DNA of 64,000 nucleotides, taken from NCBI GenBank assembly GCA_963808625.1, contig CAWEHK010000019.1, forward strand, positions 32,001 through 96,000, written 5' to 3'. Of the stretch, positions 48,690 through 60,446 are shown piece after piece. Under the pieces are notes generated by a model. The model had not been told where the DNA came from and did no database searches. It saw nothing but the letters and a program-made list of their open reading frames with translations. The translations under genes were made by a program, and so were the position numbers. Every line of letters begins with the position of its first letter. Position 1 is the stretch's first letter. Origin of the DNA: an uncultured delta proteobacterium. Its GTDB lineage: Bacteria; Desulfobacterota; Syntrophobacteria; Syntrophobacterales; Syntrophobacteraceae.

Positions 48690-49684
48690 AGGCTTACCTG
48701 ATAAAGAGGCTGCTGCAGATTATCCCGACCCTTCTCGGGATTACGTTCATCACTTTTCTCATCATCCAACTGGCACCGGGAAGCCCTGCCGCACTGAAAC
48801 TGCAGATGAGCGCCCAGGGCCAGATGAGCGATCGCACCATCTCCCAGCAGATCATTGAAGAGACCAAGAAGCTTTACGGCCTCGATAAGCCGCTGCCCAT
48901 TCAGTACCTGCTCTGGGTCAAGCGGGTTTTTACGTTCGATTTCGGGACCTCCTACAAAGACCACCGCAGGGTCTGGGATAAGATCGCGGAACGACTGCCC
49001 ATAACCATTCAGTTGAACATCATATCCATTTTCCTGGTCTATCTCATCGCCATCCCCTGCGGCATCTATTCTGCAACGCGTCCCGGGACCTTTGCCGATC
49101 GCCTGCTCACGTTGTTTTTCTTTTTCCTCTATTCGCTGCCAAGCTTCTGGGTTGCGGTTCTGCTGATCATGCTTTTTGGCGGCGGCGACTTCTGGGACAT
49201 TTTGCCGGTTTACGGCATCTCGTCCATCGGTGCGGAAAATTGGCCTTTCTTTCCCTGGCTCGCTGACAGGATGTGGCACCTGGTGTTGCCGATCATCTGT
49301 CTCACCTATGCCGGCTTTGCCTATCTTTCACGACTCACGCGCGCCAACATGCTCGAGGTCATTCGGGAAGACTATATCCGGACCGCCCGTGCCAAGGGTT
49401 TGAGCGAGCGCCTGGTGATCTTCAAACACGCTCTTCGCAACGCTTTGCTGCCGATTGTGACGCTGCTCGCGTTTCTGCTGCCGGCGATGTTCGGGGGCAG
49501 TGTGATCATCGAAAGCATCTTTTCCATTCCGGGCATGGGCCAGCTCGGCTTTGAGGCCGTCCTGAGCCGCGACTACCCGGTAATCATGGCCATCACCACC
49601 ATTTCCGCACTATTGACGCTGGCGGGATTGCTGCTCTCGGATGTCCTCTATGCCGTGCTCGATCCTCGCATCAAACTTGAATGA
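48686..49684 (+). CDS. Peptide/nickel ABC transporter permease (DppB/OppB-like)
   Basis: YLIKRLL, DFGTS, LPSFW, DYIRTARAKGL, HALRNA, ESIFSIPGMG, RDYPV, LDPRI. Confidence 0.92.
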   Translation: MKAYLIKRLLQIIPTLLGITFITFLIIQLAPGSPAALKLQMSAQGQMSDRTISQQIIEETKKLYGLDKPLPIQYLLWVKRVFTFDFGTSYKDHRRVWDKIAERLPITIQLNIISIFLVYLIAIPCGIYSATRPGTFADRLLTLFFFFLYSLPSFWVAVLLIMLFGGGDFWDILPVYGISSIGAENWPFFPWLADRMWHLVLPIICLTYAGFAYLSRLTRANMLEVIREDYIRTARAKGLSERLVIFKHALRNALLPIVTLLAFLLPAMFGGSVIIESIFSIPGMGQLGFEAVLSRDYPVIMAITTISALLTLAGLLLSDVLYAVLDPRIKLE

Positions 49685-50754
49685 TGAATGGGAGTGAGAT
49701 TCCCCTGCGTATGGAAGCGACCGGCGTAGCAGCAACCACGATTCCTCGATCCTACTGGCAGATGGTTTGGCATCATTTCAAGAAGAAGCACCTGGCCTTG
49801 GGCGGGCTCTGGATTTCACTCCTGCTGTTCCTGATGGCAATCTTCGCACCCCTGCTCGCAAACGGTCGCCCCCTTTTCTTTTCTCACCAGGGTCAGTGGT
49901 ATTGGCCGGTCTTTTCCGGGATCGACGGAATCGGCCCTTACACCTGGAAGGACCTCAAAAAAAACAGCCCGTTTGTGTGGCAGGGAAATATCGAAGGCCG
50001 CGGCGATTGTGCGATCTGGCCTCCGGTGCCTTATTCGCCGACCGAGTACAACCTCCTGGAGAGTCTCGCCGGGCCCACCGGTCAGCATTGGCTGGGGACC
50101 GATGACAGCGGCCGCGACGTGTTGAGCCGCATGATCCACGGGTCGCGCGTTTCCCTTTCGGTCGGTTTTGTTGCGGTGGGGATCGCCCTCGTGATCGGCA
50201 TTTTCCTGGGCGCGCTGGCCGGGTATTTTGGAGGCTGGGTCGATCATGTGATCAGCAGGCTCATCGAGGTTCTCCTGACCATCCCGACGTTTTTCCTCAT
50301 CATTGCGATTATCGCTTTTCTTCCGCAGAGCATCTACAATATCATGGTAGTGATCGGTCTCACCGGATGGACCGGCATTGCGCGGTTTGTTCGCGCGGAA
50401 TTCCTGAAGCTGAAACAGCTCGATTTTATCATGGCCTCCCGAGCGCTCGGCGCCTCCCATGCCCGCATCATCCTGCTTCACATGCTGCCCAACGCCATGG
50501 CCCCCGTCCTGGTTTCCGCCGTCTTCGGGATCGCCGGGGCCATCCTGACCGAATCCAGCCTCAGCTTTCTCGGGTTTGGCGTGCCGCCTCCGACTCCCAG
50601 CTGGGGGGACATTTTGTCACAAAGCCGGGATTACATCGAATTTGCATGGTGGCTGACGGTCTTTCCGGGCTTTGCGATTTTTCTCAGTATCACGGCGTAC
50701 AATCTTGTCGGTGAAGGTCTCCGCGATGCCATGGACCCCAAACTGTTCGAATAG
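49681..50754 (+). CDS. Peptide/nickel ABC transporter permease (DppC/OppC-like)
   Basis: HWLGTDDSGRDVLSR, HMLPN, ESSLSFLGFG, SWGDIL, GEGLRDAMDP. Confidence 0.92.
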   Translation: MMNGSEIPLRMEATGVAATTIPRSYWQMVWHHFKKKHLALGGLWISLLLFLMAIFAPLLANGRPLFFSHQGQWYWPVFSGIDGIGPYTWKDLKKNSPFVWQGNIEGRGDCAIWPPVPYSPTEYNLLESLAGPTGQHWLGTDDSGRDVLSRMIHGSRVSLSVGFVAVGIALVIGIFLGALAGYFGGWVDHVISRLIEVLLTIPTFFLIIAIIAFLPQSIYNIMVVIGLTGWTGIARFVRAEFLKLKQLDFIMASRALGASHARIILLHMLPNAMAPVLVSAVFGIAGAILTESSLSFLGFGVPPPTPSWGDILSQSRDYIEFAWWLTVFPGFAIFLSITAYNLVGEGLRDAMDPKLFE

Positions 50755-50777
50755 CGAGGAGCTCAACGATTAACCCC

Positions 50778-52154
50778 ATGCTGGTCCCCATCCCGCAACA
50801 GGAAACCGTAGTCTTTACGGTCAGTGAACTGAATACGCGCATCAAGGCGCTGCTCGAATCCAACTACCGGTTTGTGTGGGTGAAAGGGGAGATCTCCAAC
50901 CTTCGCATCCCGGCCTCGGGCCATTACTATTTCACCTTGAAGGATGAGCAGAGTCAGATCCGGGGGGTTCTTTTTCGCACGCAGCATCGGCATTTGCGAT
51001 TCGTCCCGGAAGACGGGCTGCAGGTAATTTGCCAGGGTCGCATCAGCGTCTATGAACCCCGAGGTGAATATCAACTGATCGTGGAAATTATGGAACCCCA
51101 GGGGCGGGGGGCGCTGCAACTGGCTTTCGAACAGTTGAAGAAGAAACTCGAAGGGGAAGGCCTGTTTGATCCGGCGCGCAAGCTGCAGCTCCCGCTATGC
51201 CCACAATCGATAGCCGTCGTTACCTCACCCACCGGCGCAGCCATTCGCGATATCATGAAGATTTTTCAGCGCAGTCCCTACCCCTTGACGGTTACGCTGC
51301 TGCCGGTTCGGGTTCAGGGCGAGGAGGCCGGCAGGGAAATTGCCGCTGCTGTCGCAACGGCGAACGCCCTCTTGCCTCAATTTGAGTGGGAGTTGATGAT
51401 TGTCGGCAGAGGCGGCGGCAGCGTTGAGGATCTCTGGCCCTTCAACGAGGAAACCGTCGCCAGGGCCATTGCCGCTTCCCGGATTCCCGTGATCTCGGCC
51501 GTAGGGCACGAAATTGACTTCACCATTTCCGATCTGGTCGCCGATCTGCGGGCACCGACGCCAACGGCCGCCGCCGAGTGGGTGGTCTCCCGGCTTGAAA
51601 CCCTGCAGAGAGAGCTTGCGAAGCACCGCGATCAGATGCTCAAAACCACCATTCACAAAATCGATTATCAGAAGCAACGGCTCCACTTTCTGGACAGGCG
51701 CCTGGTGGACCCCAGGAGGCGGCTTCAGGATTTGCGGCTGTTCGTGGACGATCGTATGGAACGCCTGCAACGGGCTTTTGCCCGGATGGTCGAGCGGCTG
51801 AGAACGCACCATACCCATCTTTCAGGGCGCTTGCTGCTGGTTCAACCAGGCAAGGCCGTGCAACAATATCAAAGCGCCCTGAATCAATTCCGGCGGGACC
51901 TCACCCTCAATTACGAGCGGCGGCTCGAGAATCTCCGGCTTCAACTGCAGGAACATGCCTCTAAACTGGAGAGCCTGAGCCCTCTGGCGGTGCTCGCCCG
52001 GGGGTATGCCATTTGTTCCCGGTTACCCGACCGAACCATTATCAGGAAAGCTTCTGAGGTACGACCGGGTGAGGAAGTTTTGATTAAGCTTTCGCAGGGT
52101 TTCCTGGAATGCACGGTAAACAAATCCACAGAGGAGAATTCTCCATCCAAATAA
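50778..52154 (+). CDS. xseA: Exodeoxyribonuclease VII large subunit
   Basis: GEISN, SGHYYFTLKD, TSPTGAAIRD, RGGGSVEDLWPFNEE, GHEIDFT, LARGY. Confidence 0.97.
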   Translation: MLVPIPQQETVVFTVSELNTRIKALLESNYRFVWVKGEISNLRIPASGHYYFTLKDEQSQIRGVLFRTQHRHLRFVPEDGLQVICQGRISVYEPRGEYQLIVEIMEPQGRGALQLAFEQLKKKLEGEGLFDPARKLQLPLCPQSIAVVTSPTGAAIRDIMKIFQRSPYPLTVTLLPVRVQGEEAGREIAAAVATANALLPQFEWELMIVGRGGGSVEDLWPFNEETVARAIAASRIPVISAVGHEIDFTISDLVADLRAPTPTAAAEWVVSRLETLQRELAKHRDQMLKTTIHKIDYQKQRLHFLDRRLVDPRRRLQDLRLFVDDRMERLQRAFARMVERLRTHHTHLSGRLLLVQPGKAVQQYQSALNQFRRDLTLNYERRLENLRLQLQEHASKLESLSPLAVLARGYAICSRLPDRTIIRKASEVRPGEEVLIKLSQGFLECTVNKSTEENSPSK

Positions 52155-52163
52155 GACCGTCTT

Positions 52164-52249
52164 ATCCACGAATTCACACGAATGTACACGAAGCTATTTT
52201 TGGTCTGCTCTTTTTCTCATTTCGTGTTTCTTCGTGTCTATTCGTGGAT
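52164..52249. repeat. CACGAA-unit inverted repeat element between xseA and xseB
   Basis: ATCCACGAATTCACACGAATGTACACGAA...TTCGTGTTTCTTCGTGTCTATTCGTGGAT. Confidence 0.82.
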
Positions 52250-52271
52250 TGTTTTTAAAAAAGGAATTGAC

Positions 52272-52532
52272 ATGAGCAAAAAGAAGAGCGAGCAGTTTGA
52301 AGATGCGGTAAAAAGGCTCCAGGCAATCGTGGAAAAGCTCGAGCGCGGAGATTTGCCCCTGGAACAGGCGATGGAGTCCTTCGCCGAGGGCATGCAGCTG
52401 GTCCAGCTCTGCCACCAAAAACTCGAGGAAGCAGAAAAAAAAGTGCAAATCCTTATGAAAGATCAACAGGGGGCCTGGTCGACTGCCCCTTTTGAGCCCC
52501 TCTCGAGGGACAATGCCGAAGAAGCTCCCTGA
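52272..52532 (+). CDS. xseB: Exodeoxyribonuclease VII small subunit
   Basis: FEDAVKRLQAIVEKLERGDLPLEQAMESFAEG..L..AE.KV. Confidence 0.95.
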   Translation: MSKKKSEQFEDAVKRLQAIVEKLERGDLPLEQAMESFAEGMQLVQLCHQKLEEAEKKVQILMKDQQGAWSTAPFEPLSRDNAEEAP

Positions 52533-52609
52533 GCAGGCAAATTTCTAAAAGTGTGGAAAGGCCTGAGCAGGCGTGTTACATTAAATACGATTGATTGCAG
52601 ATTAGCTGA

Positions 52610-53524
52610 ATGGATTATTACGGGATGCCGGATTTCGATTTGAAGCGCTATCTGTCCGAGCGCAAACAGTTGGTCGACGAGGCCCTGGACAAGTATGCGC
52701 CGGCCCCGACGGGGTTGGAAAAAAGCGTATCGGAAGCCGCCCGTTACAGCCTCTTTGCCGGGGGAAAACGGCTTCGCCCCATTCTCTGTCTTGCTGCGGC
52801 CGACATTTTGAATGGCAGCAGGGAACTGGTCATGCCTGTCGCCTGCGCCTTTGAGATGGTCCACACCTATTCGCTCATCCATGATGATTTGCCGGCTATG
52901 GATAACGACGATTTCCGCCGGGGCCGCCCTACCAATCACAAGGTGTTTGGGGAAGCGATGGCGATCCTTGCCGGTGACGCCCTCTTGACGGAAGCGTTCA
53001 GTCTCATTGCCGGCGCCGCAGAACGGGCTCAAATAGCGGCGGACAAGTTCGTCCGGGTCATTGGCGTGGTCGCCAGAGCTTCAGGATACCGAGGCATGGT
53101 CGGTGGCCAGGTAATCGACCTCGAGTCCGAGACGCGTGACGTGGACCTGACCACAGTAGAATACATGCACCTTCGGAAAACCGGAGCGCTGATTTCAGCC
53201 TCTTTGGAAGCGGGCGCTATCCTTGGCGGTGGAGATGATCGCCAAGTCGGTTTTTTGACTCGCTACGGACATCATTTAGGGCTGGCATTCCAGATCACCG
53301 ACGATCTTCTGGACGTCGAGGGAGACGCTCAGCTTATGGGAAAGACCCCCGGTTCCGATGTTGCCAAAAACAAGAAGACCTATCCCGCGCTCCTCGGAAT
53401 TCCCCAAAGCAGGAAAGCGGCACAAACCCATGTGCAGGAAGCTGTTGATGCGCTTGCCATTTTTGATGACAAGGCGGAACCGTTGCGCGCCATCGCCCGT
53501 TACCTTCTGGTGCGAAAAGCATGA
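52610..53524 (+). CDS. ispA: Farnesyl/geranylgeranyl diphosphate synthase
   Basis: GGKRLRP, HTYSLIHDDLPAMD.DDFRRG, KTGAL, FQITDDLLD. Confidence 0.95.
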   Translation: MDYYGMPDFDLKRYLSERKQLVDEALDKYAPAPTGLEKSVSEAARYSLFAGGKRLRPILCLAAADILNGSRELVMPVACAFEMVHTYSLIHDDLPAMDNDDFRRGRPTNHKVFGEAMAILAGDALLTEAFSLIAGAAERAQIAADKFVRVIGVVARASGYRGMVGGQVIDLESETRDVDLTTVEYMHLRKTGALISASLEAGAILGGGDDRQVGFLTRYGHHLGLAFQITDDLLDVEGDAQLMGKTPGSDVAKNKKTYPALLGIPQSRKAAQTHVQEAVDALAIFDDKAEPLRAIARYLLVRKA

Positions 53525-53542
53525 TCTAGGAGAAATCAAAAC

Positions 53543-55489
53543 TTGAACGAGCAAGTCGGCAAAACCTTTCTTTCCCAAATCGATAACCCTTCACAACTGA
53601 AGCGCCTTTCGCTGGCGCAACTGCAGCAATTGGCCGGCGAAATCCGCGACATGATCATTCAAACGGTAGCTAAAAACGGCGGGCATCTCGCCCCCAATCT
53701 GGGAGTCGTAGAGCTCACCCTCGCTTTGCATTACGTTTTTGATGCTCCCTACGACAAGATTATCTGGGACGTCGGGCATCAGGCCTACACGCATAAAATC
53801 CTCACGGGCCGCCGTGAGCAATTCCACACCCTCCGTCAGTTCGAGGGGATCAGCGGTTTTCCCAAGCGCATCGAGAGCATCTATGACGCTTTCGGGACCG
53901 GTCACTCCGCGACCTCGATCTCTGCCGCTCTGGGCATTACCGTCGCGAACGCACTCAAAGGGAGTCCGCACCGCACCATTGCCGTTATTGGGGACGGCAG
54001 CATGACCGGAGGAATGGCTTTTGAGGCGCTCAACCATGCGGGCGATCTCGACAAGAACCTGATTGTGGTGCTGAACGACAACGAGATGTCCATCTCTGCC
54101 AACGTCGGAGCATTATCGTCATTCCTGAGCCGGAAGCTCTCGAGCAAGACCATCATGCACCTGCGGCGGGAGCTCGAAAATTTCCTCAAGTCCGTTCCCG
54201 GCCTGGGTTCAAACATTTTGAAGCTCTTGCGGCGCAGTGAAGACATGCTGGTGGCACTTTTCACCCCCGGCATGCTCTTCCAGGCGCTTGACTTTCATTA
54301 CATCGGCCCCATCAAGGGGCACCGTCTGGATCGCCTCATCGGTACTTTTCAGAATGTGCGCCACCTGGAAGGACCGGTCCTGGTACATGTCCTGACTCAA
54401 AAAGGCAAAGGCTACGGTCCGGCCGAGAGCGATCCTGCCAGCTTTCATGGGGTGGGTTCATTTGAGATCAGCACGGGAAAAGGCTGCCGTCCGCCCGCCG
54501 GGACCCCGCTCTATCCCTCTTATACTCAGGTCTTTGGGGACACCGTGGTGCGACTCGCGGAACATGATCCCAGGGTCGTGGCCATTACCGCGGCCATGCC
54601 CCAGGGCACCGGCCTGGAACCCTTCTCTGCTCGTTTTCCGGACAGGTTCTTCGACGTCGGCATCGCGGAGCAGCACGCGATCACCTTCGCCGCCGGGCTT
54701 GCGGCTGAAGGCTACAAGCCGGTGGTGGCCGTGTACTCGACATTTCTTCAACGAGCCTACGATCAAATCGTTCACGATGTCTGCCTGCAGAACCTGCCCG
54801 TGGTTTTCGCCATGGACCGCGGCGGCCTGGTGGGAGATGACGGCCCGACCCACCACGGCGCCTTCGACCTCTCCTTCCTGCGCCATATTCCGAACATGGT
54901 GCTGATGGCCCCGAAGGATGAGAATGAACTGCAGCACATGCTGCAAACCGCACTCAATTGCCCTGGTCCCGCCGCCATTCGCTACCCTCGCGGAAATGGG
55001 ATTGGGGTGGCGCTGGACCACGATTTGCGCAATCTGCCCATCGGCCGAGGTGAGCTCCTGCGGGAAGGGGAAGATGCTCTGCTGATCGCTATCGGCTCCA
55101 CGGTCCGAGCGGCCATGGAGGCGGCCGAGCGCCTCGATCACGAGGGTATCCGGGTAACAGTAATAAATGCCAGGTTCGTGAAACCACTCGACGAAGATCT
55201 GATTCTCAAGTGGGCCAGGAAGATAGGCAGGGTCATCACGATCGAGGAAAACGTGCTCCAAGGCGGTTTTGGAAGTGCGGTCCTGGAGCTTTTCCAGGAG
55301 CAGGCTTTCTTTCCCCGCTCTTTGATCCGCCTTGGCCTGCCGGATTCCTTCATCCCTCACGGCACCCAGGCCATCCTCAGAAACCTTTACGGCATCGACG
55401 CTGAGGGCATTGAGCTCGCCGTACACAGGCTATTGGAGACCGGCCATGGGCGGCTCCTTCGAGCGATTGGACAAACTGCTGGTCGATAA
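53543..55489 (+). CDS. dxs: 1-deoxy-D-xylulose-5-phosphate synthase
   Basis: [60 protein letters not shown]. Confidence 0.97.
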   Translation: MNEQVGKTFLSQIDNPSQLKRLSLAQLQQLAGEIRDMIIQTVAKNGGHLAPNLGVVELTLALHYVFDAPYDKIIWDVGHQAYTHKILTGRREQFHTLRQFEGISGFPKRIESIYDAFGTGHSATSISAALGITVANALKGSPHRTIAVIGDGSMTGGMAFEALNHAGDLDKNLIVVLNDNEMSISANVGALSSFLSRKLSSKTIMHLRRELENFLKSVPGLGSNILKLLRRSEDMLVALFTPGMLFQALDFHYIGPIKGHRLDRLIGTFQNVRHLEGPVLVHVLTQKGKGYGPAESDPASFHGVGSFEISTGKGCRPPAGTPLYPSYTQVFGDTVVRLAEHDPRVVAITAAMPQGTGLEPFSARFPDRFFDVGIAEQHAITFAAGLAAEGYKPVVAVYSTFLQRAYDQIVHDVCLQNLPVVFAMDRGGLVGDDGPTHHGAFDLSFLRHIPNMVLMAPKDENELQHMLQTALNCPGPAAIRYPRGNGIGVALDHDLRNLPIGRGELLREGEDALLIAIGSTVRAAMEAAERLDHEGIRVTVINARFVKPLDEDLILKWARKIGRVITIEENVLQGGFGSAVLELFQEQAFFPRSLIRLGLPDSFIPHGTQAILRNLYGIDAEGIELAVHRLLETGHGRLLRAIGQTAGR

Positions 55490-56310
55490 AGGGCTCAGTG
55501 TCAGCCGGGAACGAGCGCAGGCGCTGATTCTGGCTGCCAGGGTGCTGGTTGACGGGCAACGGGTCACGAAGGCAGGGCAAAAAGTCGCCGCGGAAAGCCG
55601 GCTCGAGGTGGTGGGTGAGGACCACCCGTTCGTTGGTCGCGGTGGTCTCAAGCTGCAGCATGCCCTCGAGGAATTCGGGCTCGATATCAGGGGCCTGGTG
55701 GCGATGGACGTGGGCGCCTCAACCGGCGGCTTTACCGACTGCCTGCTGCAATATGGTGCAAAGCGGGTCTATGCCGTCGATGTGGGCTACGGCCAACTGG
55801 CGTGGAAGATCAGGCAGGACCCCCGAGTAGTGGTCCTGGAACGCCAAAACATTCGCCACCTCGCGCAAGACCGAGTCCCGGAGCCCATTCAAATTGCCAC
55901 GATAGATACCTCTTTCATTTCACTCAAGCTCGTCATTCCGGCAGTGATGCCATTTCTGGGCCGTGCTGCCGTGGAAAACATCAAAGACTACCGCCACCGC
56001 CAACAGGGATGCCTCCACTCAGTACTCAGCACTCAGCACTCATCACTCCTCGTTACCTGATCCCATGCTCATCGCCCTCATCAAGCCGCAGTTCGAAGCG
56101 GGCCGCGTTCATGTGGGAAAGGGAGGAGTCGTCCGCGACCAGAAAGTCCACCAGGCGGTCTGCGATTCCCTTGCAGAATTTTGCCGATCATGCGGTCTCC
56201 ATGTCAGAGGGATCATCCCTTCTCCCATTCTCGGTCCCAAAGGCAACGTGGAATTTCTCCTGTTTGCCACCTGGAGCAGCCCCGCCAACCCCTCCGATCG
56301 TCCTCGTTGA
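55446..56310 (+). CDS. tlyA: TlyA family rRNA methyltransferase with a repeat-derived insertion and a frameshift near 55975
   Basis: S4-like [35 protein letters not shown]; resumes in the second frame at [17 protein letters not shown]. Confidence 0.9.
56017..56051. repeat. Heptamer tandem repeat inside tlyA
   Basis: ACTCAGT ACTCAGC ACTCAGC ACTCATC ACTCCTC. Confidence 0.82.
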
Positions 56311-56781
56311 TGCGACTCCACCTTGTATTCATCGGGAAAACCACCTTCCCTGAGCTCGAAACCGGCATCAATCGTTATCTTGACCGGCTGCGTTCTTATG
56401 TTCCAACGCAAATACATCTTGTTAAAGCGGAAAAGATCCCTCCCAAAGGCACCGAGGATGCGGTTAAGGACAAAGAAGCCGAGCGCGTTCTGAAGCTCCT
56501 CGGGAAAAAAGACTGCCTCGGCATCTGGGACCAGCACGGAAAGGATGTGGATTCGACGGGCTTTCGCGAAATTTCTGGACGATCTCCGGAACAGCGGGGT
56601 TTCGGATGTGTGGATGGTGATTGGCGGGCCTCTCGGAGTTTCGCCGCGGCTTTTGGCGCGCGCAGACTTTGTCTTTTCCCTCTCCCGCATGACTTTTCCC
56701 CACGACCTCGCCCGCCTGATGGTCATGGAGCAGATTTATCGCGCTTTCACCATTCTGAGAGGGGAACCCTATCACAAATAA
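56310..56781 (+). CDS. rlmH: 23S rRNA pseudouridine-1915 methyltransferase (frameshift near 56560)
   Basis: [50 protein letters not shown]. Confidence 0.93.
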
Positions 56782-56805
56782 AAACGACGAAAGAGGTCCT
56801 TGAAA

Positions 56806-57024
56806 TCAGACGGCAAGCACCTCGGTGACGGCCGGCACTTCTTCCTTGATGATCCGCTCGATACCCGACTTCAAGGTCATCTGGCTCATCGGGCATCCAT
56901 GACAAGCGCCGGTCAAACGCACCTTCACCACGGAACCCTCTACATCCACCAACTCCACATTGCCGCCGTCCCGCTGCAGCATCGGTCTGATTTTTTCCAA
57001 CGCCTTCTCAACCTGTTCACGCAT
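56806..57024 (-). CDS. NifU C-terminal domain (Nfu-type) Fe-S carrier
   Basis: IRPMLQRDGGNVELV..LTGACHGCPMSQMTLKSGIE. Confidence 0.92.
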   Translation of the reverse strand: MREQVEKALEKIRPMLQRDGGNVELVDVEGSVVKVRLTGACHGCPMSQMTLKSGIERIIKEEVPAVTEVLAV

Positions 57025-57289
57025 CTTGATCTCCTCCCAATGATTTAGTGTAAAGCTGGTATAATCAGTAGCCGACGCAAAAGCAACGAAAAGAAGAAAA
57101 AAGCGGGCTGGAAAGTGTGGCATCAGGGTCTCGCCGGTCGTGGCCTGCTTCCTTATTCGAATTGGAAAATGAGTGGTTTTGAGTAGTTAGATTGAAATGG
57201 CATTGATTTTTCCGACGCTTTTCTCTAGGATGAAGGCATTGATCCGGGTTTGAACGCATGACGGCAATCTGTTGGAGGAGAGAAGACCT

Positions 57290-57824
57290 ATGGACAGCTA
57301 CCGATTGGTCCCGTGTATCTCGGCAGAAGAAGTGGCCAAGCAGGTCAACGACCTGGCGGCGCGCATAAACCGGGATTATGAGGGGAAGAGCCTCATTGTG
57401 ATTGGGATCCTGAAGGGGGCCTGCATCTTCCTGAGCGATTTGGTCCGGCGCCTTTCGATGCCGGTCGAAATTGACTTTGTGCGCCTGGCAAGCTACGGCA
57501 AGGGGTCGGTAACGAGCGGCGAGATCAAGATTACCAAGGATGTTGAACTGCCCATCGCCGGTCGCCATGTGCTCGTCGTCGAGGACATCGTCGACACCGG
57601 TACCACCCTGATCTGGTTCCTCGATTATCTCCGAGCAGCGGCAGCCGGAATCCGTGAAGATCTGTGCCCTGGTCGACAAATTGGAGAGGCGTGAAGTTGA
57701 AGTACCGCTTGACTATGTGGGAATTCGCGTGGACAAAGGTTTTCTTGTCGGCTATGGTCTGGATTTTGGGGAAAAGCACCGCAATCTGCCCGCGATTCAT
57801 GAAGTCGAATTTTTGAAAGAATAA
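57290..57824 (+). CDS. hpt: Hypoxanthine phosphoribosyltransferase (frameshift near 57635)
   Basis: GILKGACIFLSDL, LASYG, VLVVEDIVDTGTTL; second frame FLVGYGLDF...RNLP. Confidence 0.93.
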
Positions 57825-57826
57825 CA

Positions 57827-58578
57827 ATGATTGTCACCTGTGAAGCATGCGATACCAAATTCAGTCTCGATCCTGCCCGGCTAAGAGGGCCCAGGAGCAA
57901 GGTCCGGTGTACCCGTTGCGGACACATCTTCAGTCTGGTTCAGGAAGAAGAAGACGTGTTGGACATTGACGTTGCTGAGGACATGGGGCTCACGGCAGAA
58001 GAACCCACCCTCGCGTCTCCCTCGCTCAAACCCGCGAGGTCCTGCCGGGTTCCAACAGGGCCACCCGAAGCGAAAACTGCTCATCTGGCTGGCGCTTGTC
58101 CTCGCTTTCAGCGCCGGGCTGCTCGGAGTCGCCAGCTACCTGACTTCAGACTCTCAAGTCAAGCCCCCGCCAGGGACCGCTGATGCGCCATCGGTAAAAG
58201 TCCTCGACACAATCCAGGGTTTCTTTTGGGAGAATGCTCACGCCGGCCAGATCTTTGTGGTGGAGGGTGAGGTTGAAAATCAATCGGCAAAACCGGTCAG
58301 TTTTATCCTCGTTGAGGGAAAGCTCTTCAACACTACCAACCGCGTGGCCATCACCCAGAGGTGTTATGTGGGAAACGCCATGAGCCGTGACGAGCTCGGT
58401 CGCCTCAATATGACCGAGATCCAGAACCGGATGATGAACCGTGAGGGAAAAAGCCTTCGCCAACGTTAAGATACCGCCCGGAAAACGGGTTCCGTTTGTG
58501 TTGGTTTTTCACAACCTGCCGGAGTTAAAGGCTTTGAGTGATTACAGTGTGGAGGTCATCAGTTCAAAATCGGATTGA
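57827..58578 (+). CDS. MJ0042-type zinc-ribbon / DUF3426 membrane-anchored protein (frameshifts near 58040 and 58460)
   Basis: MIVTCEACDTKF..KVRCTRCGHIF; TM LLIWLALVLAFSAGLLG; FVVEGEVEN. Confidence 0.8.
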
Positions 58579-58761
58579 AATCTTTGGGGCGTGAAATCAC
58601 CGAGCATCTTACCGGTTCCGCCGCAAAGCTCAGGGCGAACCCTCGTGGGCCGCTTTCCCCGGTATGAATGGCCAACCTATTGAAGTGACAAAAAGAATTG
58701 ACAAGCTTTCGCGTTCGATGTTACAAGACGCTAATCTCAACTTCTTGAAAGCATTAGATAA

Positions 58762-60081
<1,320 letters not shown>

Positions 60082-60113
60082 CAGGTCTTTCCAACTGAAA
60101 AGGAGCTTCAGTC

Positions 60114-60407
60114 ATGACCAAGAGTGAGCTCATCGAAGCACTGGCAAAAGCTGAAGGCATCACCTTGAAGGCTGCCGAAACCGCAGTAAATGTGGCTTTT
60201 CAGAGCATGGAACAAGCGCTCATCAAGTCAGATCGGCTGGAAATACGCGGTTTTGGAAGCTTTAAGGTCAAGAACTACGATGGCTACCGGGGAAGAAATC
60301 CCAAAACCGGAGACATCATCGAAGTGAATTCAAAGAAGCTGCCCTTTTTCAAGGTCGGGAAGGAACTGAAAGAGAGAGTAAATGATCTGCCCCCAGACGA
60401 AGAGTAG
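60114..60407 (+). CDS. ihfB: Integration host factor beta / HU family DNA-binding protein
   Basis: MTKSELI, EIRGFGSF, GRNPKTG, PFFKVGKELKERV. Confidence 0.88.
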   Translation: MTKSELIEALAKAEGITLKAAETAVNVAFQSMEQALIKSDRLEIRGFGSFKVKNYDGYRGRNPKTGDIIEVNSKKLPFFKVGKELKERVNDLPPDEE

Positions 60408-60446
60408 CATGCATAGGCAAAACCGTTACGCCGCAGCCTTTTGAGT

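Noticed and set aside
56040..56065. Selenocysteine read-through at in-frame TGA codons (tlyA 56058, polB 16223)
   Set aside because: The TGAs arise only in the shifted frame; homology continues in another frame and the positions are not catalytic cysteines.
58600..58680. c-di-GMP-I riboswitch suggested by GCAAAGC upstream of serS
   Set aside because: The GGCAAAC..GAAA P2 stem and closing elements are missing; AAGCTCAGGGCGAAC looks more like a degenerate intergenic repeat.
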